64,000 nt of DNA, taken from assembly GCF_006345805.1 (NCBI RefSeq), contig NC_042999.1, positions 62,001-126,000 on the forward strand, given 5' to 3'. Every line of letters begins with the position of its first letter. Position 1 is the first letter of the stretch. Source of the DNA: Octopus sinensis. Taxonomy: Eukaryota. This document shows, piece by piece, positions 36,692 through 49,590 of this stretch. The notes below the pieces were generated by a model that saw only the letters and a program-made list of their open reading frames with translations, had not been told where the DNA came from and made no database searches. Both the position numbers and the translations under genes were made by a program.

Positions 36692-37155
36692 GGATGATGA
36701 TGATGAGGAGTAGGATTATGAGGATGATGATGGTGATGATGGTGATGATGAGGATGATGATGATGATGAGGAGGAGGAGGGGGAGGACGATGATGATGAT
36801 GATGAGGAGGAGGAGCGTGATGATGATGATAGCCGTGACGACAATGATGAGGGCAATGATGACGACGACGACGATGATAAACTTGATGATGATGGTGATG
36901 ATGAAGATGATAGCGGTGGTGGTGACGAAGACGATGTTGATAAAGATGATGATGATGATGATGATGACGACAACGACGGCGATGGTAGTGGAGGTGATGG
37001 TGGTGGTGGGGGATGATGTAGGTGATAACGTTAATTACAGTAACGGTGGCAACGACGCCGAACATGATGATGATGATGACGATGATGATAATTACTGTAG
37101 TTGATGATGATGATGATGATGATGATTGTAGTTGATGATGATGACGACGACGATA
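36550..37155. repeat. (GAT)/(GAC)/(GGT)n compound microsatellite
   Basis: Read directly; gives poly-Met/His/Ser ORFs. Confidence 0.95.
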
Positions 37156-38409
37156 CTTTTTTTGTATACTAATCTGATAGAGCGTATACTCCACTCCCCG
37201 TGGTCAAATATACTTTTCAGTTGTGCAAAGTATATTAAAAACAAAAACAACAACAACAAAAACCAAACACAACCTCCCCACAGATATAGAAAATATTATT
37301 GAGTTCATATATAGAAAAGTATTCTCTTTAATTCATCGGACTTCGGTTATATTTCAATATGTCTTTATTAATGGCAATGCCGTATTCTTTATTTTCCTTC
37401 ACTCAATCACATTTTTTATTATTATTTATACTTTCTTTCTTCTTGCTCGGATTGTACAGAGCAGCTATAACAGATTTCTTTCATTTAGTGTAAGTCATTC
37501 ATTTTCTAGAGGCACATATAATCGATTGGATTAATTCCAATACGTGATTGGTACTTCACGAATTTTATCGATTCTGAATAATGAATGGCATTATAATTCC
37601 AGCAGGACTTTAACTCATGAATGAACGAGACCCAATCCCATAAAACATTGAGCATAGCACTCGTTTTTTTTCGTTCTTGTCACTCCAGCGTCTAGATTAG
37701 AACAATTCCTGGATGACATTAAGAATTAGCTAGGGAGTAGATATCTCCGAAAATCATGATCAGCTATGCTTATCTATTTATTTATGTATGTTTTACATGT
37801 ATAAATTGTTTGTATGTTGGTTGATAAAGGTGGCGAATAAGTAGAGTCTTTTGGTCTTGGGACCGAAGAGCACTCTGTTCTTCGCTGTCTGTTCTAATTC
37901 CACCAAAGTCACCTTTGTTCTTTCATCATTTCGGAGGAAGTGAGTGGCACGCGAAATACTATCCAGTGTATATACACACGGATACATATATATACACACA
38001 CATGCACATATGTTGTAAGTCCAAAGCGTTGCTTTTTTTCAGAAAACGAAAAAGTAGTTTCGCCATTCCATAGCAAAACCGTTGTGCTACGCTTTGACAA
38101 TTTTCGATATCTTGACATCTGAAGTAGCTGGAGATACGATAGTTTGACCCAAGGAACCCTTCATCTCGCACTCAAGTTTTCCTGCTTTACCTCATACTTC
38201 TACTCTTTCCTTCCTTCTTATATTGTTTCTCTTACCACTTCCTTTTCATGTACGAAGCTCACGTGATTCTGCGTTCCTTATCAGTTGCAACCAGTTTTTT
38301 TTTAAACAGAGGATGTAAGACTCAACTATCTCTTATTAATTTTAACTGTCCAAAATAGATTTTTCACTCCTCATGGAAAGTTTACAGTACACTTTCTATT
38401 GATTTTATT

Positions 38410-38462
<53 letters not shown>

Positions 38463-38498
38463 AATGGGGTCATTATTCATAGCATTTTCCGATGGCCG

Positions 38499-38559
38499 GA
38501 TAACTGAAGAGATGGCGGCGTGGATTTCCACCTCGGCATCCGAAACTCGGAGTTTTATC
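38499..38559 (+). ncRNA. Type I hammerhead ribozyme motif (one extra C before GAAA)
   Basis: gataa CTGAAGA gatggcggcgtgg-attt-ccacctcggcatc c GAAAC tcgga GTT ttatc; helix I 5 bp, stem II 13 positions with 2 mismatches. Confidence 0.65.
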
Positions 38560-38699
38560 ATGGCTACCAAATAATTGTCACATACTACATTTACAGATAA
38601 ATTCCAATATTTACATAATATCGAGGTCTCTTTCTTTCTCTTGTCTCTCTCTCTCTCTATATATATATAGATGAGTGTATTTTTACCTTGTTAACAATT

Positions 38700-39075
38700 A
38701 ACACGGAAAAAAAAATAGTTACCAGCGAGCATACAGATGTAAGCATTGGCAAAAACATACATTTAGTGCATATAAGTAGTCTCTATCATTATATATAATT
38801 TAAACTTTAATTTCCTTTATATTTAACATTCACTATTAATATCCCTACTCTTTCTGTAAGCTACTTATGACGTTATATCATATAACGTTTTTTTAAACAA
38901 TATTAAGAGCGTTCAGTTAATCGCTGTACACATCCATCATTTTTTGCTAAAATGTCTTATTGACGAGTTTCGTTTTTTTCACTTTCCTGAGGAGAAGATT
39001 GCATTGTTTATACCATTTATTCTTTTGAATTTTATCATTGGAATTTTCGAAACATGTGTCGAAAGTAAAAATATA
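38700..39075 (+). mobile_element. PLE 3' end/terminal repeat remnant
   Basis: Short frame ...RCKHWQKHTFSAYK* resembles the PLE ORF end (CRH-x-NKF), followed by the hammerhead at 38981. Confidence 0.45.
38981..39071 (+). ncRNA. Type I hammerhead ribozyme motif, canonical
   Basis: actttc CTGAGGA gaagatt-(41 nt)-aattttc GAAAC atgt GTC gaaagt; helix I 6 bp, stem II 7 bp closed by G-C, palindromic ACATGT, GUC triplet. Confidence 0.8.
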
Positions 39076-39092
39076 TGATTACACCTGCGTCA

Positions 39093-39129
<37 letters not shown>

Positions 39130-39459
39130 ATACCGATGTGCGAGTATATATGGACGTATATATGCGTGCAGTTGTGCATGTTGTCAATGAAGTGAGTCCA
39201 GTATGGAAAACGCAAACAGTTAATAAGAAATAACAGAATCTCAAATGATTTGTGTGTTGTTTGACTTTCGTTCCATAAGGAAAGAATCAAAAATACAATT
39301 TTTATGAAGCTTTTTGAGTTCAGATGGAAAGAACTTTCTTTTTTCCTAGTGTTTTTTTTCTTTCTGAATAATGTAAGAGAAAGCCAACATCAAGGTGATT
39401 TCTTGATTAAACTCTTTATGTCTATAGTTTAAATTTCGCCTTCAGATTTAAAATCTAGA

Positions 39460-39658
39460 TTCTTTTATTCTTTTACTTGTTTCAGTCATGCTGGAGCACC
39501 ACCTTCAGTCGAGCAAATCGACCCCAGGACTTATTCTTTGTAAGCCTAGTACTTATTCTATCGATCTATTTTGCCGAACCGCTCGGTTACGGGGACGTAA
39601 ACACACCAGCATCGGTCATCAAGTGATGTTGAGGGGACAAACACAGACACACAAACAT

Positions 39659-39709
<51 letters not shown>

Positions 39710-39875
39710 TACGACAGGCTTCTTTCAGTTTCCCTCTACCAAATCCACTCACAAAGCTTTGGTCAGCCTGTGGCTATAGTAGAAGACACTTGCCCAAGGT
39801 GCCACGCAGTGGGACTGATCCCAGAACCCTGTGGTTGGTAAGCAAGCAACTTACCACATAGCCACTCCTATGCCT
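39460..39875 (-). mobile_element. SINE family A
   Basis: As above. Confidence 0.88.
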
Positions 39876-39914
39876 ACATATAAAAGGTAAGAAAATTATT
39901 TCATGTAGAGAACG

Positions 39915-40250
39915 AGGCATGGTTGTGTAGTTAAGAAGCTCATTTTGCGACCATGTCATTTCAGGTTCAGTCCCACAGAGCGGCATCTGGGCAAGCGTCT
40001 TCTACTAAAATTTCTTGTCCACCAATGCTGGAAACTGCGTGGAACCCCGAAGTATGTACATACGTGTACGTGTGCGTGTCTTTGTGTCTGATCTGGTCAC
40101 ACCTCCCCCACTTAACAAACGGTATTGGTTTGTTTACGTCCCTGTAAGCACCAGACTTTAAAAGAAACAACAGTATAAGTACTGGTTTCGATTTGTTCGA
40201 CTAAAACCTTTCAAAGCAGTGCCCCAGCATGGCCGCAGCTCAATAATTAT
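39915..40250 (+). mobile_element. Old SINE related to family A
   Basis: ggcatggttgtgtagttaag head, tttcaggttcagtcc B box, gcagtgccccagcatggccgcag tail. Confidence 0.6.
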
Positions 40251-40347
40251 AAAACAGTAATCAGTAAAAGATACAGATTTCTTGCAACGTGGTGTGACTT
40301 TGAGAGAAATGGCCTGAGGTGGGATAAAATCTTACATTTATTACAAT

Positions 40348-40517
40348 CCTTAGTGGTAAGTACCTTGCTTCCCAACCACATGGTCCCAGGTTCAGTCCTA
40401 CTGCGTGGCACCTTGAGCAAGTGTCTTCTACTATAGCTTTCTGTCGACCAAAGCCTTGTGAGTGGATTTGGTAGACGGAAACTGAAAGAAGCCCGTCGTA
40501 TATATATATATAGATAT

Positions 40518-40575
<58 letters not shown>

Positions 40576-40800
40576 TATGTGTGTGTGTTTCTGTGTCAGT
40601 GTTTGGTCCCTCAACATCGCTTGACAACCGATGTTGGTGTGTTTACGTCCCAGTAACTTAGCGGTTCGGCAAAAGAGACCGATAGAATAAGTACTAGGCT
40701 TACAAACAATAAGTCCCGTGGTCGATTTGCTCGAGTAAAGGCGGTGCTCCAGCATGGCCGTAGTCAAATGACTGAAACAAATAAAAGAACAAAAGAATAA
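40348..40800 (+). mobile_element. SINE family A
   Basis: Forward orientation, tail ...gactgaaacaaataaaagaa. Confidence 0.88.
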
Positions 40801-41181
40801 CGCGAATTTAAACTTAAGTCTGAAGAACTTCGCATAGTTTCGTCCACTATTTGGAGTTGGATTCTCACAGACACCCAATAAAAAAGAAATCGAATTCTTT
40901 GATGAAAAGTTATGACAAAATATCATGTTCCACTGTACTTGGATTCCGAACAAGACACTAAACTAAACACCTTGTCACATTTACCTGACAGCAAAACCGG
41001 AATATAACAGTAAGTGTTGACTTTGTGCTCAAACACCGTTCTAATTGATCAGGCCATCACGTGATCAGCCAGTCTGTCGGATGTTGTTATATATTGCTAG
41101 TCACAATGCGTTTTGCATATTACAGTTCTATATTTAAGAGATGAGGAACTGTGTACATTATTTATATTATTTACATTTGAT

Positions 41182-41435
41182 GGGTATTTGTCCTTATCGT
41201 GTTTGTTGTTAACACAATGTTTGGGCTGATATACCCTTCAGCCTTCATCAGGTTATTTGGGGGAATTTTCGAACCTGGGTTCTCATTCCTAAGGTATTTT
41301 TTCGAAAAATACCATCGAAAATTCCTTAGGAATGAGAAACCAGGTTCGAAATTTCTCCAAGACACCTGATGAAGGCTTGAGGGTATATCAGCCGAAACGT
41401 TGTGTTAACAACAAACAAGATGAGGACAAATATCC
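41182..41435. mobile_element. Inverted pair of family H PLE-type terminal repeats
   Basis: Arms 41182-41294 and 41324-41435 are reverse complements. Confidence 0.8.
41361..41406 (+). ncRNA. Minimal type I hammerhead motif
   Basis: gacac CTGATGA a ggct...agcc GAAAC GTT gtgtt; extra A after A9, loopless palindromic stem III AACGTT. Confidence 0.6.
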
Positions 41436-41477
41436 GGCACTTTGCGTAGTTTTAGATTTCGAGTGATGCCACATCAC

Positions 41478-41668
41478 TTGTGAGGCAAACAGACCCCAAC
41501 CTGAGCAGAAGCTAGTCTGTCGTAGGGTTACCTGTTTGCAGTCGAGTGGAATGGAGCAACGTGATATGGAGCGTTTTATTCTGAGGAATATAATGTACAG
41601 CTCAGTCCGGGAATTGAACTCCGATCTCATGATCGTGAATACAACATGCTAACTACCAGGCCATGCAC
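41478..41668 (-). mobile_element. SINE family E, degenerate
   Basis: Reverse complement has a tRNA-like head (ggcctggtagttagcatgttgtattcacgatc...ggagttcaattcc). Confidence 0.55.
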
Positions 41669-41989
41669 TTTACAATTTGTAATATGATTTTCGTAAAAAC
41701 GTCCCCCCCCACAAAAAAGAAAATAGTGTGAATGATAGAGCGTCATTTCAACGCTGGCACTTATTTGTGGATCAGAAACATGTATGTTATGTCAAAGTCG
41801 CTATTCCTTGAGAAGGTTTTTGTATTTATGAATTTTCAAGGATATTAATTAGAAATGTGGTGAAATGGTTTCAGCTACGATACGAAACAGAACGTTTATG
41901 AAATTGCTGATATTTAGAAGCTATACAAAGATATTGCGTGATTTCTTAATTAGGCTCGAAATCATTATCGTCATCATCATCGTCATCAT

Positions 41990-42020
<31 letters not shown>

Positions 42021-42029
42021 AGGCCCTGG

Positions 42030-42235
42030 ACATTACTGTCTGGAGTCATAAATCTGGTCACCCCGTTATCATGGAGTGCAAGTGACCGAAATCACAACAT
42101 TCACCCCTGAACGAAACTGAACGGACAACGTGAAGTGAAGTGTTTTGCTCAAGAACTCAACGCACCGCTCCGTTCGGAAATCTCGAAACCACGACCTCGT
42201 GGTAGTGATTGCAACACCCTACACACTAGGCCAAA
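42030..42235 (-). mobile_element. SINE family D/E, degenerate
   Basis: Reverse complement ggcctagtgtgtagggtgttgcaatc...ggtttcgag; ttcttgagcaaaacacttcacttcacgttg core. Confidence 0.55.
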
Positions 42236-42314
42236 CGCTTTCATGCGATGTTAAAAGGGGACAAAATGCGATTTCCGAGATTTTCTCGTTTCCTATTTTA
42301 TATAAATATTGAGA

Positions 42315-42580
42315 AAGATGGCGAGCTGGAAGAAATGTTAGCACGCCGGACGTTCTGAGTTCAAATTCCGCCGAGGTCGACTTTGCCTTTCATCCTTACG
42401 GGGTCGATAAATTAAATACCAGTTACGCACTGGGTTCGATGTAAACGACTTAATCCGTTTGTCTGTCCTTGTTTGTTCCCTCTGTGTTTAGCCCCTTGTG
42501 GGTAATAAAGAAATAGGTATTTCGTCTGCCGTTTGTCTGTCCTTGTTTTTCCCCCTCTGTGTTTAGCCCTCAGTGGGTAG
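42315..42580 (+). mobile_element. SINE family B
   Basis: Head plus core plus a partial second unit. Confidence 0.85.
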
Positions 42581-43605
42581 TAAAAAAAAAAAATAAATAT
42601 TGAGAGTGGGGAAAGGAATTGGCTTCAACGGAGAATCGAAACCGTTTCGCAGACTTGTTTCACTATGTGTTTTACTTAACAATATTGATCAGAATCACAA
42701 TAAAGATTATCGTTGGCGGTGCAAAAAAAAAAAAATCACTTCATTTTAAATATGTGAAAATATACAGTTGAAATTACAGTGTTGAAATATAGTGTTGAAA
42801 TAGATAATGTGTTAGATATCATCCTTCATCTCTTATTTTTTCTAAAATATTTTTTTACCAACGTAATATAATAAAAAAAAGGTAAAAAATTCAAACAAAC
42901 AAACAAACTAAATCTAATCTTAAAGATGGAAGGAAGTAGTAAACGAAAATAAATTGCAAATTTCTTTGGGCATCTGCAATATGTGTATTGGAATACGATC
43001 AGATATGATACAAAAGCAAACAAAAATCAATGAGGGACATTTCTTCCTTCTAAACAAAAATGATTATCTCGAAGCGAAAACTGTCTAGGTCAGTTGTAAA
43101 AATTTCTCTTCGTCTCCATCTCCCTTTTTCTGTCTTTATATATGTAAGCATCATCTGCATAGTTATTGCCGTATTTCTTTTCGTCTCTCTTTTTTATTTC
43201 TATTTCGTTTTTTTTTTCCTTCTTTCTAACACTAATATCGAAGAGATGGTAATTTAAAATTTATTTTTTGCCTTTTAGTTTTGATTTGCGCGTTGAGATA
43301 TGAAGTTGATAACACTGTGATATCTTATTCTCCATAACGTTTGTTGGAAAGAAAATTGAATTGAAGAAAGAAAAGACAAAAAATAAATAAACTGTTGAAA
43401 AACTGATATTGATAATTCGAAATATTTTTTAAAAATCTAGTTGCTTTTAAATTACAATTCGAATCAAATTTGAATTTTGATTTATGAAAACATTACATTC
43501 AATTAAAATTTACTCTATTTAAAATATCAAACCAACATAGCACCTAATTGTAACAGAGTGAAATTCCTATGCATAAGGAGCCATCTTTTATTACAAGAGC
43601 CACAA

Positions 43606-44378
43606 GGCGGCGAGGTGGCAGAAACGTTAGCGCGCCGGGCCAAATGCTTAGCGGTATTTCGTCTGCCGCTAGGTTCTGAGTTCAAATTCCGCCGAGGTCG
43701 ACTTTGCCTTTCATCCTTTCGGGATCGATTAAATAAGTACCAGTTACGCACTGGGGTCGATATAATCAACTTAATCCGTTTGTTTGTCCTCTCTGTGTTT
43801 AGCCCCTTGTGGGTAGTAAAGAAATAGGTATTTCGTCTGCCGTTACGTTCTGAGTTCAAATTCCGCCGAGGTCGACTTTGCCTTTCATCCTTTTCGGGGT
43901 CAATAAATTAATTACCACTTACGCACTGGGGACGGTGTAATCGACTTAATCCCTTTGTCTGTCCTTGTTTAACCCTCTGTGTTTAGCCCCTTGTGGGTAG
44001 TAAAGAAATAGGTATTTCGTCTGCCGCTACGTTCTGAGTTCAAATTCCGCCGAAGTCGACTTTGCCTTTCATCCTTTTCGGGGTCAATAAATTAATTACC
44101 ACTTACGCGCTGGGGTCGGTGTAATCGACTTAATCCGTTTGTCTGTCCTTGTTTGTCTTCTTTGTGTTAAGCCCCTTGTGGGTAGTAAATAAATAGGTAT
44201 TTCGTCTGCCGTTACGTTTTGAGTTCAAATTCCGGTGAGGTCGACTCTGCCTTTCATCCTTTGGGGGTCGATAAATAAAGTACCAGTAACGAACTGGGGT
44301 CGATATAATCGACTTACTCCCTTTGTCTTGTCCTTGTTTGTCCCCTCTATGTTTAGCCCCTTGTGGGTAGTAAAGAAA
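43606..44378 (+). mobile_element. SINE family B tandem array (1 head plus 4 units)
   Basis: ggtatttcgtctgccg unit starts at about 43652, 43827, 44010 and 44196. Confidence 0.9.
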
Positions 44379-44780
44379 TATATATTACAAGAGCCAAAAA
44401 CAAAAACAAAAAGAACAAACCTAAAATACTTAATAACATTATACTGACTCCCAATGACCATGAAATAAGCTAAATGCGTCCAGGATATTGTAGTTACTCA
44501 CGCTGTTTACCATCAGGTGAACCATAACCAAACATATTTAAGATCAAAGACGTTTCAATCATAACCAGCAGTTTTTTTACACTTCCTGAAGAGCGTTATA
44601 ATTATCGAAACAGAATGTCTACAATGAAAGTCTTGCTACGAGATAAGATTGCGTACATTTTCTTTATATTAGATATCAGGTGTTGTTTCCGTCTGTACGA
44701 TCCTCTATTTGTTCACTGTAGATTTATCACGACTTTAAATAATTCGTTACAATACAAAAAATCGGAGACATACGTTCCAT

Positions 44781-44839
44781 AATAAAACTGTATGTATCTA
44801 TATCCTTCTTTGCGTTTCCGTTGACATATATATAAATAT

Positions 44840-44920
<81 letters not shown>

Positions 44921-45300
44921 TGGCATGTATATATGTATATACTTTACTTTGATACTTTGATAGGTTTCGGCCATTATTGGCCCAGGCCATGTCTAACTTA
45001 ATAGCACCACCTTGTTTATATATGTGTGTATATATATATGTGTGTATATATATAATAAAACTGTATGTATCTATATCCTTCTTTGCGTTTCCGTTGACAT
45101 ATATATATAAATATATATATAATATATATATATATATAATATATATATATATATATTATATATATATATATATATATATGTATGTTGGCATGTATATATG
45201 TATATACTTTACTTTGATAGGTTTCGGCCATTATTGGCCCAGGCCATGTCTAACTTAATAGCACCACATGTTTATATATGTGTGTATATATATATGTGTG
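44781..45300. repeat. Tandem duplication, about 270-bp unit containing (TA)n
   Basis: aataaaactgtatgtatctatatcc...ccatgtctaacttaatagcaccac occurs twice (44781, 45054). Confidence 0.9.
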
Positions 45301-45438
45301 TATATATATATGTATATGTATGTATATATATGTGTATATATATATATATGTGTATATATATATATATGTATATATATATGTGTGTGTATATATATATGTA
45401 TATATATATATATGTATATAAACATATGTATGTATGTT

Positions 45439-45482
<44 letters not shown>

Positions 45483-45704
45483 AGAAGTTTAATAATAATG
45501 GCTTCTAATTTAGGCCCAAGTGTAGAAATTTTGCTGGCTGGAGTTAGTCGATACCATCGATAACAGTAATTGACTGTAAAGAGGCAAAAAACAGAAAGTT
45601 GACCTGAAGGATTCGAACTCAGACTGTTAGGAGTGGTACAAAATGATAAAACTACGCTGACGATTTTGTCAGCACGCTGCCTTAATAATAGTAATAATCT
45701 TCCA

Positions 45705-46460
45705 ACCATAGACAGAATGCCTGAAATTTGGGGGGAGAGGAATTGTTGATTATATCCACCCCAGTGCTCAACTGGTACTTACTTTATCGACCCCGAACAT
45801 ATGAAAGGCAAAGATGACCTCGGTGGAATTTGAACACGGAACGTAAATGCCGCTGGCATTTCCACTGACGTGCTAACGATTCTTATTTCTTTATTGCCCA
45901 CAAGGGGTAAACATAGATGGGATGAACAAGGACAGACAAAGGGATTAAGTAGATTACATCGATCCCAGTGCGTAATTGGTACTTAATTTATCGACCCCGA
46001 AAGGATGAAAGGCAAAGTCGACCTTGGCAGAACGTAACGGCAGAGGAAATAGCTATTTCTTTACTACCCACAAGGGGCTAAACACAGAGGGGACAAACAA
46101 TGACAAACAAACGGATTAAGTCAATTACATCGACCCCAGTGCGTAACTGGTACTTATTTAATCGACTCCGAAAGGATGAAAGGCAAAGTCGACCTCGGCG
46201 GAATTTGAACTCAGAACGTAGCGGCAGACGAAATACTTATTTCTTTATTGCGCACAAAGGGCTAAACACAGGGGAGACAAACAAGTACAGACAAACGGAT
46301 TAAGTTGACTATATCGACCCCAGTGCTTAACTGGTACTTAATTTATCAATTCCGAAAGGATGATAGGCAAAGTCGATCTCAGTGGAATTTGAACTCAGAA
46401 CGTAACGGCAGACGAAATACGGCTACGCATTTCACCCGGTGCGCTAACGATTCTGCCACC
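45705..46460 (-). mobile_element. SINE family B tandem array (about 4-5 units)
   Basis: Repeated core in reverse orientation. Confidence 0.85.
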
Positions 46461-46819
46461 TTTTTAATGATAACATCAAAGATAATAATTTTCAAGTTAG
46501 GTACAATATCAGAAATTTCGAGATAAGCAGCAATAGATATGATCTTTTACTGCATTTGGTCGTTACTTTATAGCATCAGCTGTCTAACGCCATTGACGTC
46601 TTAAACTTTAACTGTTGTAATAAGAATAAACCGCTTGCTTAACTAGAATTTCCTAAGCAGGCAATCATTTCATGATTCTCTTTTAAAACATGAAGGATGT
46701 ACTTTAGCCTCTTTGCATATTCAAAATATCCATCGATTATTTACTTAACTACAGCAAAATATTCAGAATCAAAGGAACTTTGCTAGATTCTATTAGCTCA
46801 GTAAATACAGGCCATGCAG

Positions 46820-47207
46820 TGGAGGTGCAATGGCCCAGTGGTTAGGGCAGCGGACTCGCGGTCATAGGATCGCGGTTTCCATTCCCAGACCGGGCGTTGT
46901 GAGTGTTTAATGAGCGAAAACACCTAAAGCTCCACGATGCTCCGGCAGGGGATGGTGGTGATCCCTGGTGTGCTCTTTCACCACAACTTTCTCTCACTCT
47001 TACTTCCTTTTTCTGTTGTACCTGTATTTCAAAGGGCCGGCCTTGTCACTCTCTGTGTCACGCTGAATATCCCCGAGAACTACGTTAAGGGTACACGTGT
47101 CTGTGGAGTTCTCAGCCACTTACACGTTAATTTCACGAGCAGGCTGTTCTGTTGATTTGGATCAACCGGAACCCTCGTCGTCGTAACCGACGGAGTGCTT
47201 CCATCCC
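46820..47207 (+). mobile_element. SINE family C, full length
   Basis: tRNA head ggaggtgcaatggcccagtggttagggcagcggactcgcgg; possible short flanking duplication acaggccatgca. Confidence 0.88.
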
Positions 47208-47236
47208 ACAGGCCATGCATATATATTAGACCTCAT

Positions 47237-47465
47237 AAGGCGGCGAGCTGGCAGAAACGTTAGCATGCCGGGTGAAATGCGTAGCCGTATTTCGTCTGCC
47301 GTTACATTCTGAGTTCAAATTCCGCCGAGGTCGACTTTGCCTTTCATCCTTTCGGGGTCGATAAATTAAGTACCAGTTACGCACTGGGATCGATATAATC
47401 GACTTAACCCGTCTGTCTGTCTTTGTTTTTCCCCTCTGTGTTTAGCCCCTTGTGAGTAGTAAAAA
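47237..47465 (+). mobile_element. SINE family B, single copy
   Basis: Flanked by a duplicated atatattagacctca. Confidence 0.88.
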
Positions 47466-47959
47466 TATATATATATTAGACCTCAAAAAGAAAAAGTACA
47501 CAGAAAAAGAAAACGATTGCACTTGGACAGTATAGTTCTCTTAATTCACCATTTCCGACCATTTGTCCACTTTGGTGGCCGAAAATGTATTATTTTAACA
47601 ATTCACAACTCTTTCATTTTTTATGTTTTTTTAATATAACAACAAGAAAAAGAAAGGTTGATTGGAATCATCGGGAGAGAGTTGGGCCCATTGTGTGACG
47701 GTATATTTTGCTGCGTCTATTTTACACGGTGAATTCGAAACCTTCCGTGATCCACTTTGAATTTAATCTTTTCTAGAACTATAAAATAATCTTCAGGTAA
47801 GTAAAAAAAAAAAAAAAAAACAGTAAACGGATCAAGGTCCTTCTGGAGGCATGAACTCATGACCCGTTTTTTCAAAAAAGTTCTGTGCCGACTACATTCT
47901 CCCCTGGGAGGACACGAAATTATTTTCTCACAACTATAACAATACTAATCACCCTCTAA

Positions 47960-48400
47960 TGGCTACGACTTGGAACAACTTCAATTAGCATCGGTCACAG
48001 TGAGGGGTTGTGTCGCATATTTTGTTGCATTATCAGTAATTCTAAGCTCTTTAACAACCACAGCTACACATTCCTTCATCAAGATCGAGATCTTGGTTTG
48101 GAGAGGACGCTCACCGTATATCTTTCTGTGGCTCAGTTCTCAGCTTATGACTTAACTATCGGACGACTCAGACAGTGTTTGGCTAATCACAGCCTTTTTG
48201 TTTTTTCAATCTTTTTAGTCACGTGTAGTAGGTCTCTGTAAAGCTGCTCATTGGTCACTTTCGTCACTGGGGGCAATCGATGAAGGCTATCGAAGCATCT
48301 AAGTGCAGAACCATTGAGAAAGCTGACCACAGTCTTAGTGAGAATCGTCATAACGCTAGAAAGAGTCCTCTATTACAAGTGAGGTGTTGAAAGCCAAGGA
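47960..48400 (-). mobile_element. Decayed RTE-like LINE 3' fragment
   Basis: Minus strand ...KVTNEQLYRDLLHVTKKIEKTKRL*LAKHCLSRP resembles the RTE C-terminal (L)AGHC region. Confidence 0.45.
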
Positions 48401-48465
48401 GAACACTCAGTAATTGAGAATGAAATATATTGTAATTTGCAACATATTGAGAAAATATCGAACAT

Positions 48466-48868
48466 ATAGGCGTAGGAGTGGCTGTGTGATAAGTAGCTTG
48501 CTTACGAACCACATGGTTCCGGGTTCAGTCCCATTGCGTGGCAACTTGGGCAAGTGTCTTCTACTATAGCCTCGGGCAGACCAAAGCCTTGTAAGTGGAT
48601 TTGGTAGACGGAAACTGAAAGAAGCCCCCCCTATATATATATATATATATGTGTGTGTATATATGTTTGTGTGTCTGTGTTTGCCCGCCCAACATCGCTT
48701 GACAACCGATGCTGGTGTGTTCACGTCCCCCGTAACTTAGCGCTTCGGAAAAAGAGAAGTACTAGGCTTACAAAGAATAAGTCCTGGGGTCGATTTTCTC
48801 GACTAAAGGCGGTGCTCCAGCATGGCCACAGTCAAGTGACTGAAACAAGTAAAAGAGTAAAAGAGTAA
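48466..48868 (+). mobile_element. SINE family A, full length
   Basis: ataggcgtaggagtggctgtgtgataag ... gactgaaacaagtaaaagagtaaaagagta. Confidence 0.9.
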
Positions 48869-49337
48869 CATTCTGGCAAGACTAGAATCTAGTTGTAAGA
48901 GAACTCTGTCGTAAAGGGACACTGCTAGAAGCATCGTTTTGCTGAATTGGAGGTAACTGGAGAAGTTGTAGCACTCGGTAACAGCTGTGTGAATATGGCG
49001 TGGGAAGCAAAGCTAGTGGCAAATATGGTAGCCTGTTCCAGCAGAAAGACTACATAAAAAAGTTGTGATGGTCGAGTAGGTAACGTATAGAAGAATTCCG
49101 TTAAAACTGGTGAAGAGTCTCTTGAAAAGGTCCTGCTGCAATTGAAGTTGTGAAAAAGCAGCTTCTTTTTCTTACTTGCTAGTTGTTTTGCCGGTGTTGT
49201 TGTGGGAGTGAATTAACGATTTCTGAAGTGGTTGGTAACTTCTTCTATGTTGTTTCATTCTAATCCAGCAGCACAAACGTGTTTGAGCCACTTCGAGGTT
49301 TCGGAGATTGGGTATTTTAGTTATATAAAGGATTTTG

Positions 49338-49590
49338 GTGGAGGCGCGTGACTTAGTGGTTAGGGTGTCAACATCATGATCGTAAGATTGTGGTTTCGAT
49401 TCCTGAACCGGGCGACGCGTTGTGTTCTTGAGCAAAACATTTCATTTCACGTTGCTCCAGTCCACTCAGCTGGCAAAAATGAGTAACACTGCGATGGACT
49501 GGTGTCCTGTCCAGCTGGGGAAGACATACGCCATAGAAACTGGGAAACCGGGCCCATGAGCCTGGCTAGGCTTTAAAAGGGCGCATTTAT
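49338..49590 (+). mobile_element. SINE family D
   Basis: Matches 6622-6870. Confidence 0.88.

Noticed and set aside
36535-37194. His-rich 219-aa and Met-rich 188-aa ORFs
   Set aside because: (GAT)n microsatellite translation.
44581-44625. Hammerhead-like CTGAAGA...GAAAC...GTC
   Set aside because: Neither helix I nor stem II pairs.
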